Position numbers and translations under genes: made by a program. Below, piece after piece: positions 20,959 to 30,609 of a stretch of 64,000 nt of DNA. This stretch comes from Nitrospirales bacterium (lineage in GTDB: Bacteria > Nitrospirota > Nitrospiria > Nitrospirales > UBA8639). How positions within the stretch are numbered: the first letter of the stretch is position 1; each line of letters begins with the position of its first letter. The notes under the pieces are model-generated. The model worked only from the letters and a program-made list of their open reading frames with translations, did not search any database and had not been told where the DNA came from. The stretch is from contig CBDCWC010000003.1 of assembly GCA_965223295.1 (NCBI GenBank), forward strand, positions 1,824,001-1,888,000, read 5' to 3'.

Positions 20959-21142
20959 GGGTCTGTTGAAAAAAGCCGCCAACTGCGTTCTCGCCATTTT
21001 GCCGTGCTCACGTATTGCCAGTACGCTCCGCGCGGCAAAATGGCTGTGGCCTTGCTGGACGGACTTTTTTGAGCCGACCCGACGCTTCTGACCGTCCAAG
21101 CCTTCCTAATGAAATATGACCTTTGATATCTTCATTACTCCC
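20959..21142 (-). mobile_element. ~190 bp MITE, copy 3 (7-nt deletion in one terminal repeat)
   Basis: GGGTCTGTTGAAAAAA ... ATTACTCCC; target-site duplication ACTAT at 20954-20958 and 21143-21147. Confidence 0.9.
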
Positions 21143-21219
21143 ACTATCGGTTCTTTTGTTGTAGCCCAAATGAGAATGTGGCGCCAGGTGATTGTGTACA
21201 CGGAGCCTCTCCGTCTCTC

Positions 21220-22032
21220 CTATTGTGGTGATAATGATAAGAGATAATTGACGAGGTGCCAAATATCTTCAGGATTGGGGGAGAGAGCCTCCTGATAGGA
21301 GGCCATAGGGGTGCCATCCAGGCCGGTGAGTATGCTTATTGCGATGTCTCGCGGTTGCTGTCCGTTTTTGAATGAAGAAGGGTTGTGTAAGTCACGGGGA
21401 AGGATATCTAAATTACGGCGGTCCCGTAATTTGCCTTGTTCATAGAGTCCTCCGGGCATCGTGGCCTCAGGGCCATGGCACTTGGCGCAATCTAATAGTT
21501 CATACAACTCATGACCCCGGGTAATGCTGTGAGCTGTTGCCGGCAATGGGCCAGATGCTAGCGCAATAGGTGTTCGTTCTATTTCTTCGAAAAGTGGCGA
21601 GAACTGTTTGATATAGTTAACAAGGTCCCATCGTTGGTTTTCAGAAAAGCTTCGAAATGATGGCATGTAGCCAGGGATGCCGTTAGTAATCGTCTGAAAA
21701 AGATCATAATCGGTTGGCGGTTCCCCAGAAGGGGTGGAGCGGAACTTATATTCTCCACCAACGAATTCTCGAGGACGTGGTGCGGAATAGGCTCCTAAAT
21801 AAAAGGCGTCCGGCCCGTCGCCTACTCCAGTTTTCCCATGACAGAGCAAACAAGATTGTTCATACAGGCGCTTACCTCTTGCGAGGGAATCTGAAGGATT
21901 GCTTTGAGGCTTAGCAGCAAATAAAGGGGTGAGGCCTACAGTGGACCACAACATCACCCCCAGCAGGGGGGCAACAATTCTCTGCTGGTACGACTGGCTA
22001 AAACACCACATCTGCGCCGACAAAAAAGCCAT
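21220..22032 (-). CDS. Periplasmic diheme cytochrome c, paralog B
   Basis: CLLCH and CAKCH; GYMPSF, GTPMASY; homologous to 14922-15689; start 22032 or 22011, overlapping the porin gene end. Confidence 0.88.
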   Translation of the reverse strand: MAFLSAQMWCFSQSYQQRIVAPLLGVMLWSTVGLTPLFAAKPQSNPSDSLARGKRLYEQSCLLCHGKTGVGDGPDAFYLGAYSAPRPREFVGGEYKFRSTPSGEPPTDYDLFQTITNGIPGYMPSFRSFSENQRWDLVNYIKQFSPLFEEIERTPIALASGPLPATAHSITRGHELYELLDCAKCHGPEATMPGGLYEQGKLRDRRNLDILPRDLHNPSSFKNGQQPRDIAISILTGLDGTPMASYQEALSPNPEDIWHLVNYLLSLSPQ

Positions 22033-23374
22033 TACGAAAATTCCTTGCTGAGGAACGGCCCCCTTGGGCCTTTCGAAGATTGAAATCATCACGCAGAAAA
22101 AGCGCGATATTGGATCGAATGTAATATTTGGCAATCAGGGCCAATAACGAGTGGCTGGTTCGTTGGCTTCGCAGGCCGCCAGCATCCAGATGATCGTATC
22201 GGAGGCCGACCAGAATTCGATCAGTTGCCAACACGTTGGCTTCGAGCGTGACTCCCGTGGCTGAGTTATCGATTTGGCTGTCTGCAGATTTAGGAAGGCC
22301 CGTCAATCGGTCTACGACGAAGGCTCCATAGACATCCACCATATGGTAACGGATATTTGCCAAGAACCCATATTGGCTCCAGTTCGCATTGGCTGCGGAA
22401 GCCACCTTGGCGTTGTTACGGCCAAAATAGGCAAAGCCAGAAAAATTGACCGAAAAATACTCAGACTGCGCAAAATCAAAACGGGTGAGGACATACCAGT
22501 CTTTGGATTTATTAGAATCGCCAAAGGATTCGTTGGCACCATTGAGAATACCGACTTGATATAAAAACCAATCACCAAAGGGACGGCCATGGAGGTCAAG
22601 ACCCATTTCAGCCACGGCATGAAATAAGGATGGAGCCGTGGGCAAGATGGTGGTTCCTCTTCGATCAAATAGGCCGTAAAATTTATTAGCAAAAGCTGCG
22701 GGCGCGAGGCCGATACGGTTAATCGTGGGATCCATGAATGATCCGTTATCCTCCGAATTGTCTCCCACCAGTTCAAAGTGTTGCCGAAGTGTGGCATAAG
22801 ACGAATATGCGGAAGGATCAAGTTTCCCGACCCGGAGGTGTGCCCAATCATGTTGCCCGAAATTATTGAACGTCAGGAAGGCGCGTTCAATCCCAGTTTC
22901 ATCTTCTTCAAGATTAGATTCTAGCTCAACAAAAAAACCGACATTATTGGTGACGGTTCCGGCGGTAAACATGCTGAAGACCTCCGGAAAACCCAGCTCA
23001 GTCCGGTCTTGTGGGTTGCCGGCGATATTTGACCCGGCAGCCTTGCGGGAATACTCAAAATTTCTGAGAACATTGCCACGGAGTCGAAAGCCCAGGTAAT
23101 TGGTGACATCATCCAGTGTGAGGTCGCCCAGTAGTGATTTTTTAATCGAGTCGCCGTCTTCGGTGCCTGGCAGTTGATAGCCATTTTCCAAAAACCGTTC
23201 GCCGGTCCGGTTTAACCGCGGAACACGGGTATGACAAACTGTGCAGTTCACGTCATACTTTCTGGCGAAGGCCGGGATGGCTTGGGCATCTGGGGGAATA
23301 ACCAGTGAATCGAAGAGAGTGAAGGATGTAAGAAGGAGCATGACAGGAGTTGTGACGGAAAAAATTCGTTTCAT
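21998..23374 (-). CDS. Cyc2-like fused monoheme cytochrome c-outer membrane porin, paralog B
   Basis: AIPAFARKYDVNCTVCHTRVPRLNRTGERFLENGY; long blocks identical to paralog A (HGRPFGDWFLYQVGILNG, SKDWYV, SGFAYFG); terminal Phe. Confidence 0.82.
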   Translation of the reverse strand: MKRIFSVTTPVMLLLTSFTLFDSLVIPPDAQAIPAFARKYDVNCTVCHTRVPRLNRTGERFLENGYQLPGTEDGDSIKKSLLGDLTLDDVTNYLGFRLRGNVLRNFEYSRKAAGSNIAGNPQDRTELGFPEVFSMFTAGTVTNNVGFFVELESNLEEDETGIERAFLTFNNFGQHDWAHLRVGKLDPSAYSSYATLRQHFELVGDNSEDNGSFMDPTINRIGLAPAAFANKFYGLFDRRGTTILPTAPSLFHAVAEMGLDLHGRPFGDWFLYQVGILNGANESFGDSNKSKDWYVLTRFDFAQSEYFSVNFSGFAYFGRNNAKVASAANANWSQYGFLANIRYHMVDVYGAFVVDRLTGLPKSADSQIDNSATGVTLEANVLATDRILVGLRYDHLDAGGLRSQRTSHSLLALIAKYYIRSNIALFLRDDFNLRKAQGGRSSARNFRNGFFVGADVVF

Positions 23375-23448
23375 GAAAATCTGTGAATACGATGGTGGAG
23401 AAAAGATCTAAGCGGAGAAGCTATCTAAATGGTAGTAAAACATCGCAG

Positions 23449-23469
23449 TATGTCAAGGCAGTTGACATA
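23449..23469. promoter_or_regulatory. Perfect 8-bp inverted repeat TATGTCAA-N5-TTGACATA; candidate operator or -35 element
   Basis: Lies in the divergent region between paralog B and pheA; the minus strand reads TTGACA-N16-TACCAT. Confidence 0.5.
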
Positions 23470-23696
23470 TGCATTAGTGGTAGAACGGGGCTAGCGACTT
23501 TGTCGCGCGCTGACGGAATATTGGACGGAGGTGTACTGTGTGAGAGTCTCTAATTTTCGTGCAAAAGCTTACTAGATTTGCTGGGATATGAGGGCAAAGG
23601 AGACGATGGTTTAGCTTGCCATAGAAAGGTATTCTTAGTATGCTCCGAGCTGGTTGCATCAGATGATTCATTGTCGTTAGAAAAAGGATCGCTGGA

Positions 23697-24779
23697 ATGG
23701 ATATGCCAGACAATATCCAAGGGTGCCGGGAAGAGATTGATCGGCTTGATGATGAAATTCTCAAGCTGTTGAATGAACGTTCCCAATATGTGATTCAAGT
23801 CGGCAAATTGAAAAAGAAACAGGACGCGGCTGCCCATTTGCATACCCAAGGTCGGGAAGCCGCCCTGGTCAAGCGATTGATGGAGAACAACCCTGGACCG
23901 TTTCCCAGTGAAGCCCTCCGTCCCGTCTATCGCGAAATCATGTCTGCTTCGTTGTCCCTAGAAGGCACTCAAACAATTGCCTATCTTGGTCCGCCTGCCA
24001 CATTTACCCATTTAGCGGCCATGCGGAAATTTGGCGAATCGGCTGAGTATCTTCCTGTGACGAGTATTAAGGATGTGTTTGATGATGTTGAGCGGGGACG
24101 CGTGCGGTTTGGCGTCGTACCCATTGAGAATTCGACCGAAGGTGTGGTCAATCATACATTAGACTTGTTTGTTGATTCGCCGTTGCTCATTTATGGCGAA
24201 GTGATGATGGAAATTTCTCACCATTTTTTATCCAAAGCGCAGAATATTGAGGACATCAAAACAATCTATTCCCACCCACATGCCATTGCCCAATGTCGAA
24301 ACTGGTTAGAAACCCATGTGCCGTCGGTGTCTATTGCTGAAGAGCCAAGTACGGCCAAGGCTGCAGAGCGATGCGTCAGCGATCCAACGGCGGCAGCTAT
24401 TGCCTCAGAGTTAGCGGCGCAACTTTATGGATTAACGATCTTGCGCTCTCGCATTGAAGATAACACGAATAATTTTACGAGATTTCTGATATTGTCTTTA
24501 CGTGGGGCCGAACGGACAGGGAAAGATAAGACCTCTTTTATTGTCTCGGCCAAAGACAAGGTTGGGGCGCTCTATGATCTGATCCGTCCCTTCTCATCGC
24601 ATGGCATCAACATGACGAAAATTGAATCGCGACCCACTCGACGGAAAGTCTGGGAATACTTGTTTTTCATGGACTTAGAAGGTCATCAAGATGATGACCG
24701 CGTCAAGAAAGCCCTAGACGAAGTGAAAACACGCTCTTTGTTTTTGAAAGTGTTAGGATCCTATCCCATTCACCAGTAG
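23697..24779 (+). CDS. pheA: Chorismate mutase/prephenate dehydratase
   Basis: REEIDRLD (CM domain), YLGP, PIENSTEG, NFTRF, IESRP (ACT). Confidence 0.96.
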   Translation: MDMPDNIQGCREEIDRLDDEILKLLNERSQYVIQVGKLKKKQDAAAHLHTQGREAALVKRLMENNPGPFPSEALRPVYREIMSASLSLEGTQTIAYLGPPATFTHLAAMRKFGESAEYLPVTSIKDVFDDVERGRVRFGVVPIENSTEGVVNHTLDLFVDSPLLIYGEVMMEISHHFLSKAQNIEDIKTIYSHPHAIAQCRNWLETHVPSVSIAEEPSTAKAAERCVSDPTAAAIASELAAQLYGLTILRSRIEDNTNNFTRFLILSLRGAERTGKDKTSFIVSAKDKVGALYDLIRPFSSHGINMTKIESRPTRRKVWEYLFFMDLEGHQDDDRVKKALDEVKTRSLFLKVLGSYPIHQ

Positions 24780-24819
24780 TCTCGGTCCACAAACGTTCAG
24801 CATATCCGGATTGTTTGAT

Positions 24820-25914
24820 ATGGCCTTACATGTTCATCCGACGATTGCTTCGTTGAACCCCTATTCTCCAGGGAAACCCCTTTCTGAATTGGAACGGGAA
24901 CTCGGGATTTCTGAAGCCATTAAATTGGCGTCTAACGAAAATCCGTGGGGGCCGTCTCCGAAGGCCCGGCAAGTTCTTGAGCAGGCGTCGGCGTCACTGC
25001 ATCGATACCCTGATGGCGGAGCGCATGCGTTACGGGAAGCATTAGCCAAGAAATGGCAGATGCCTCAGGATCAAATTCTTGTGGGCAATGGATCGGATGA
25101 AGTCATCAGCCTGCTGATCAAAACGTTCCTTGCCCCTGGCGATGAAGCGGTCATGGCGGATTTGACCTTTGTCATGTATCGCCTGTCCGTACTAGGCGGG
25201 TATGGGGTGCCGGTTGAAGTGCCCTTGAACAATTGGACCCATGATTTGCCAGCCATGGTGGGGGCAATCACTGACCGCACCCGTCTGTTCTTTATTTGTA
25301 ATCCGAATAATCCGACGGGCACGATGCTATCCGCGAAAGAGATCGACTTAGCGCTGGCTAAGATTCCCGAAAATGTGGTGGTCGTGTTTGATGAGGCCTA
25401 TTACGAGTATGTTCGAGATGCAGAATATCCAGATAGTTTGGGCTATGTTCGAGATGGACGACCGGTGGTCGTGCTGCGGACGTTTTCGAAGATCTATGGC
25501 CTGGCAGGTTTGCGCGTGGGCTATGGAATCACGACATCAGAGATTGCCAGCTATGTGAATCGCGTGCGCCCTCCTTTCAATGTCAATAGTTTGGCACAGG
25601 AAGCGGCTCAAGCGGCTTTGTTGGATGACGAGCATGTAGCGAAGAGTCGTGCTATGAATGAAGCGGAAATGATCTTTCTGGAAGAAGGGTTAACCAAGAT
25701 GGGGTTCACGACTATTCCCACTCAAGCTAATTTTATATATTTTGATGTTGGGATGGATGGTGCCGTTCTCTATGATGCGCTGCTTCGGGAAGGGGTGATT
25801 GTGCGTCATATTCGTGGGTCGATGATCCGGGTTACAGTTGGTCAGCCTACGGAAAATCGGCGGCTTCTAGAGGCACTTGAGCATGTGTTATCAACCCTGT
25901 CAAAAACCGCGTGA
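24820..25914 (+). CDS. hisC: Histidinol-phosphate aminotransferase
   Basis: KLASNENP, GNGSDE, NPNNPTG, DEAY, RTFSKIYGLAGLRVG. Confidence 0.95.
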   Translation: MALHVHPTIASLNPYSPGKPLSELERELGISEAIKLASNENPWGPSPKARQVLEQASASLHRYPDGGAHALREALAKKWQMPQDQILVGNGSDEVISLLIKTFLAPGDEAVMADLTFVMYRLSVLGGYGVPVEVPLNNWTHDLPAMVGAITDRTRLFFICNPNNPTGTMLSAKEIDLALAKIPENVVVVFDEAYYEYVRDAEYPDSLGYVRDGRPVVVLRTFSKIYGLAGLRVGYGITTSEIASYVNRVRPPFNVNSLAQEAAQAALLDDEHVAKSRAMNEAEMIFLEEGLTKMGFTTIPTQANFIYFDVGMDGAVLYDALLREGVIVRHIRGSMIRVTVGQPTENRRLLEALEHVLSTLSKTA

Positions 25915-25926
25915 GTTGAACATCAT

Positions 25927-26940
25927 ATGATTATTGTGTTGAAGCCAGAAGCCACAGAGCAAGACGTTGAACATTTGGTAGACCGTCTTCGTTCTCTAGG
26001 CTTGAAATCGCAAATCACGAAAGGGGAAGAACGAACGGTGGTTGGTGTGATTGGCGATGAGCGAGTTTTGCAAAGCCAACCGCTGGCAGTGTTTCCTGGT
26101 GTGGAAAGTGTCACGCCAATTTTGGCTCCCTGGAAGTTAGTGAGTCGTGAATTTCAACCGCATGATTCTGTGGTTGATGTGGGTGGAGTCAAAGTCGGTG
26201 GGCAAAAGATTGCGGTGATGGCTGGCCCCTGTGCGGTAGAAAAATTAGAAATTACAGTCGGCATTGCGAAAGAAGTCGCCAGCGCCGGGGCATCTATCCT
26301 GCGAGGGGGCGCCTATAAGCCTCGAACTTCGCCCTATTCATTTCAAGGCTTGGGGCAGGAAGGTTTGAATTTTCTGACTGAAGCTCGGAAGCAAACGGGG
26401 CTTCCAGTCGTGAGCGAGATTTTGGACGCACGTGACCTCGGATATTTTCTGGAACATGCGGATGTGATTCAGATTGGCGCCCGCAATATGCAAAATTTTG
26501 AATTGCTCAAGGAAGTGGGCGCGTATGATAAACCTGTGTTATTAAAGCGGGGCCTTTCTGCGACCATTAAAGAATTTTTGTTGTCCGCGGAATATATTAT
26601 GTCTCGTGGGAATCGTAATGTCATATTATGTGAACGTGGAATTCGAACATTTGAGTCGCAGTATCGCAATACGCTGGATCTTGCGGCTGTGCCGACCTTG
26701 AAGGAAATGTCGCATCTGCCCGTCATTGTGGATCCTAGTCATGCCACGGGAAATTGGAAGCTTGTGGCGCCGATGGCCAAGGCCGCCATTGCCGCCGGGG
26801 CCGACGGATTGCTCATCGAAGTCCATTCGAATCCCGAATGCGCACTCTGCGATGGTGAAGAATCATTAAAGCCCAGCCGTTTTACGACTTTAATGGATGA
26901 TCTCAAAAAAGTTGCACAGGCCATAGGCCGTGATCTCTAA
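25927..26940 (+). CDS. aroF: DAHP synthase, type I-beta with N-terminal regulatory domain
   Basis: AGPC, GGAYKPRTSPYSFQG, QIGARNMQN, CERGIR, DPSH. Confidence 0.95.
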   Translation: MIIVLKPEATEQDVEHLVDRLRSLGLKSQITKGEERTVVGVIGDERVLQSQPLAVFPGVESVTPILAPWKLVSREFQPHDSVVDVGGVKVGGQKIAVMAGPCAVEKLEITVGIAKEVASAGASILRGGAYKPRTSPYSFQGLGQEGLNFLTEARKQTGLPVVSEILDARDLGYFLEHADVIQIGARNMQNFELLKEVGAYDKPVLLKRGLSATIKEFLLSAEYIMSRGNRNVILCERGIRTFESQYRNTLDLAAVPTLKEMSHLPVIVDPSHATGNWKLVAPMAKAAIAAGADGLLIEVHSNPECALCDGEESLKPSRFTTLMDDLKKVAQAIGRDL

Positions 26941-26981
26941 CTCATCCCCCCACTCAGTTTTAGTTTTCTTGTTTTGTTGTC

Positions 26982-27869
26982 ATGCCTAGCCATTCTTCAG
27001 ATTATCTGTTTCAGCAAGTCACGATAATTGGTGTGGGTCTGTTGGGAGGCTCACTTGGTCTTGTCTTGAAGGAACAAGGGTTAGCCAAAACAGTTGTAGG
27101 AATTGGTCGCCGGCAATCGAATCTAGAATTAGCCGTAGAGCTTAGGGCAATCGATCGTTTTTTTTCTGAACCACAGGAAGCTGTCCGCGATTCTGATTTT
27201 ATTGTCCTAGCCACTCCGGTTGATACGTATATTTCTCATGTCAAAAAGTGGGGGCAGGATATCCCGACCGGAGCAATCGTCAGTGACGTGGGCAGTGTGA
27301 AAGGACAACTGGTCATTGATTTGGAGGCGGCGCTTCCAGCGACGGTGAGTTTTATCGGGGCTCACCCCATTGCCGGAAAGGAAAAATCTGGTGTGGTACA
27401 TGCCACTTCTCAGCTTTTTGAAGGGGCACGTTGCATTGTGACGCCTACTCCCCAAACAAATGCTGAGGCTTTGGGTAAAGTCCGTCGTGTGTGGGAACAG
27501 GCTGGGTCTGAAGTTTTGTCGATGGATCCTATGGTTCATGATTGGGTCCTTGGGGCGGTCAGCCATCTGCCGCATATTGCAGCATTCTCGCTCATGCATG
27601 CCCTAGATGATTTGCAAGGTGAAACGTCAAACGATCTCAGTCTCTTGGATTTTTCTGGTGGAGGATTACGAGATACGACGCGCATTGCCGCAAGTTCTCC
27701 TGAAATGTGGCGGGATATTTGTCTAGCCAATCGCGAAAACTTATTGAAAATGGTCGATCAGTACATCATACAGCTTCACGCGTTTATGCAGTTGATGAAG
27801 GATCAGGATGGTGCAGGGTTAGCAGATAATATTGAGCAAGCTAAAACGTTACGGGAACGTTTGCCATGA
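26982..27869 (+). CDS. tyrA: Prephenate dehydrogenase
   Basis: GVGLLGGS, DVGSVK, HPIAGKE, SHLPH, RDTTRIA. Confidence 0.95.
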   Translation: MPSHSSDYLFQQVTIIGVGLLGGSLGLVLKEQGLAKTVVGIGRRQSNLELAVELRAIDRFFSEPQEAVRDSDFIVLATPVDTYISHVKKWGQDIPTGAIVSDVGSVKGQLVIDLEAALPATVSFIGAHPIAGKEKSGVVHATSQLFEGARCIVTPTPQTNAEALGKVRRVWEQAGSEVLSMDPMVHDWVLGAVSHLPHIAAFSLMHALDDLQGETSNDLSLLDFSGGGLRDTTRIAASSPEMWRDICLANRENLLKMVDQYIIQLHAFMQLMKDQDGAGLADNIEQAKTLRERLP

Positions 27870-29164
27870 GTCTGCTCAGGATGGCTCCCGCTGCAGGGCC
27901 GCTTCGTGGGACTCTGACAGTTCCTGGAGACAAATCCATCACCCATCGTGCATTGATTCTTGGAGCGCTTGCTCACGGCAACACTCACATCACGGGATAT
28001 TCTACAGGCGAAGATTGTCTCAGTACCCTCGGGGTCGTTCGAGCATTAGGCATTGATGTTCTGGAAAGACCCGAAGGATTGACCGTGATTGGTAAGGGCC
28101 TTTGGGGGTTAACGGAACCTTCTAATGTATTAGATTGCGGCAATTCTGGGACCGGGCTTCGACTCTTAGCCGGTGTGCTGGCTGGGCAAAAATTTTTTTC
28201 CGTTTTGACAGGCGATGCGTCATTAAGAGGGCGACCTATGGGGAGGGTTGTGAAGCCGTTGCGACAAATGGGTGCGGTGATATCAGGAAGAAAGAGCGGA
28301 GATTTAGCTCCACTCGGTATCCAGGGCAGCGTGCTACAGGCTATGCAGTATGAGTCTCCCATTGCGAGTGCCCAGATTAAAACCTGTGTGCTTCTTGCCG
28401 GACTTTTTGCTGAAGGTATTACCACGATTCAAGAACCGATGAAATCCCGTGATCATTCAGAACGGATGTTTTCTTATTTTGGCATTCCTCTTCAAGTTGA
28501 AGGGTGTGCGGTTCAGGTCCACGGACAACCATCTTTTGAAGGAAAACCGATTCCGGTGCCTGGAGATATTTCCGCTGCTGCATTTTTTCTTGTTGCCGCT
28601 TCGATTGTTCCCGATTCTGAAGTCTTAATCACAGGGGTTGGGTTAAATCCTGAACGGATTGGTATTCTTGATGTGCTATCGGCCATGGGCGCTGATATTG
28701 TCACGCTTAACATGAGAGAAGAGGCTGGAGAACCAGTGGGTGATCTCTGTGTTCGGGCAACGCAGTTGAAGGGCATGACTGTTGGGCCAGATTTGATTCC
28801 TAAGACCATTGATGAACTTCCCGTTCTCTGCGTGGCAGCAGCTTTAGCCGATGGAGAGACCCGTATTACCGGTGCGCAAGAACTACGGGTGAAGGAAACG
28901 GATCGTATTCATGCCATGGCGGTGGAATTAACCAGAATCGGAGTGGTTGTTGAAGAACAGCCAGATGGCTTGGTGATTCAAGGCGGTTCCACGCTGCGAG
29001 GGGCGCAATGTCAGAGTTATGGTGATCATCGCGTAGTGATGTCTTTGGCGATTGCTGGATTAGTGTCGAAGGAACCCATGATCATTGAGGATGTGGATTG
29101 TGTGGAGACGTCTTTCCCAGGCTTTCACAGTAAACTATTGGATTTATTGACAAATTCTAAGTGA
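27866..29164 (+). CDS. aroA: EPSP synthase
   Basis: PGDKSITHR, GNSGT, SAQIK, RDHSE, ELRVKETDR, DHR. Confidence 0.97.
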   Translation: MSLLRMAPAAGPLRGTLTVPGDKSITHRALILGALAHGNTHITGYSTGEDCLSTLGVVRALGIDVLERPEGLTVIGKGLWGLTEPSNVLDCGNSGTGLRLLAGVLAGQKFFSVLTGDASLRGRPMGRVVKPLRQMGAVISGRKSGDLAPLGIQGSVLQAMQYESPIASAQIKTCVLLAGLFAEGITTIQEPMKSRDHSERMFSYFGIPLQVEGCAVQVHGQPSFEGKPIPVPGDISAAAFFLVAASIVPDSEVLITGVGLNPERIGILDVLSAMGADIVTLNMREEAGEPVGDLCVRATQLKGMTVGPDLIPKTIDELPVLCVAAALADGETRITGAQELRVKETDRIHAMAVELTRIGVVVEEQPDGLVIQGGSTLRGAQCQSYGDHRVVMSLAIAGLVSKEPMIIEDVDCVETSFPGFHSKLLDLLTNSK

Positions 29165-29889
29165 CCTTTATAATACCTCAACAAATTTCTGGTGAAGGAG
29201 AACAGAACGCCGTTTCCCCGCGTCGCCTTGTCATTACGATCGATGGTCCTGCCGGAGTGGGGAAGAGTACTGTCTCCAAATCGCTAGCCTCTCGTTTGCA
29301 GTATCACTATCTTGATACAGGGGCACTCTACCGGGCCATTGCCTGGAAAATTCAACAAGAAGAACTAGAATCTGAAAATCTTGCCGATATTGAAGCCCTC
29401 CTTTCACGCATGACTCTTCAACTACGTGAAGACCAGAAAGGGTTTGTAATCCAGATTGATGGGCAGACAGTCATGCAGGAAGTTCTTCGCACCAGGGACA
29501 TTAGTCAAATGGCCTCTTCCATTGCGGCTTTGCCAATCGTGAGAAAATGGTTGCTCCCCGTTCAGCGGACAGTTGGGATGGCAGGAGGCGTCATTGCTGA
29601 AGGGCGGGATATGGGAACCCGCGTGTTTCCAGATGCCGACATTAAATTTTTTTTAGATGCTGATATAGATGTGCGGGCCAGACGGCGGCAGGAAGAACTG
29701 ACGGCAAAGGGGCAGGACGTTCACTTGGGTACTGTACGGGAGGAGATGGTCACGAGAGATCACCGTGACCGTCATCGAGCTGTTGACCCGCTGCGGCCAG
29801 CACCTCAGGCTATCATGATCGATACGTCTCACAAGCCCATTGAAGTTGTTGTGGATCAGATGGTGGGCATGATTTCGGATCGTTTGTGA
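29161..29889 (+). CDS. cmk: Cytidylate kinase
   Basis: IDGPAGVGKST, LDTGALYR, EGRDMGT. Confidence 0.96.
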   Translation: MTFIIPQQISGEGEQNAVSPRRLVITIDGPAGVGKSTVSKSLASRLQYHYLDTGALYRAIAWKIQQEELESENLADIEALLSRMTLQLREDQKGFVIQIDGQTVMQEVLRTRDISQMASSIAALPIVRKWLLPVQRTVGMAGGVIAEGRDMGTRVFPDADIKFFLDADIDVRARRRQEELTAKGQDVHLGTVREEMVTRDHRDRHRAVDPLRPAPQAIMIDTSHKPIEVVVDQMVGMISDRL

Positions 29890-30527
29890 GTGGGGTCATG
29901 TATTGGAGTCTATGGCTCCTCTTTAATCTGTTGAGCCGACTGCTTTTACGGTTTCGTGTCGAAGGCAAGCATTTTTTTCCCAAAACTGGCGGGGTGATTG
30001 TTGCGGCCAATCATGCCAGCTATTTTGATATTCCCTTATTGGGCTGTGCCATCAACCGACGAGTCGTTTTTTTAGGGCGAGCCACACTTTTTCCTAACCC
30101 TGTGTTAAGTTGGATGTTGCAGAGATTGGGATGGATTCCGTTAAAGACCCATCGTCTGGATCGAAAAGCCTTTGATATTGCGCTCGAGCATTTAAAAAGC
30201 GGGATACCCGTAGTTATTTTCCCTGAGGGAAGCCGAACGGAAGATGGCCAACTGCAACCTGGAAGACCTGGAATCGGTTTTTTAGTCAAGGAATCGCAAT
30301 GCCAGGTGATTCCTGCGTATATTTCTGGTACCTTTAATGTTTTACCCGTCAAGGCCAAATGGCCAAGGTTGTTTCCCGTGACTGTTTTCTTTGGAGAATT
30401 ACTGGATTTCTCAAATGCAGATACTCTTACGAAAAAACAAGAGTATGAACATATTGGTCAGACGGTAATGGATAAAATTGCCCATGCTGGAGGCATATCC
30501 TCCTCACCCCATAAGAGCGGTCTTTAG
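29886..30527 (+). CDS. plsC: 1-acyl-sn-glycerol-3-phosphate acyltransferase
   Basis: NHASYFD, FPEGSR. Confidence 0.9.
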   Translation: MSGVMYWSLWLLFNLLSRLLLRFRVEGKHFFPKTGGVIVAANHASYFDIPLLGCAINRRVVFLGRATLFPNPVLSWMLQRLGWIPLKTHRLDRKAFDIALEHLKSGIPVVIFPEGSRTEDGQLQPGRPGIGFLVKESQCQVIPAYISGTFNVLPVKAKWPRLFPVTVFFGELLDFSNADTLTKKQEYEHIGQTVMDKIAHAGGISSSPHKSGL

Positions 30528-30609
30528 GGCCGACTGAAATGGTTAATATTTTTCCTTTTTTTACTCACCTTTAAACCAGTGTTTGTATCTTTGGAGGTAT
30601 GACTTCGAG

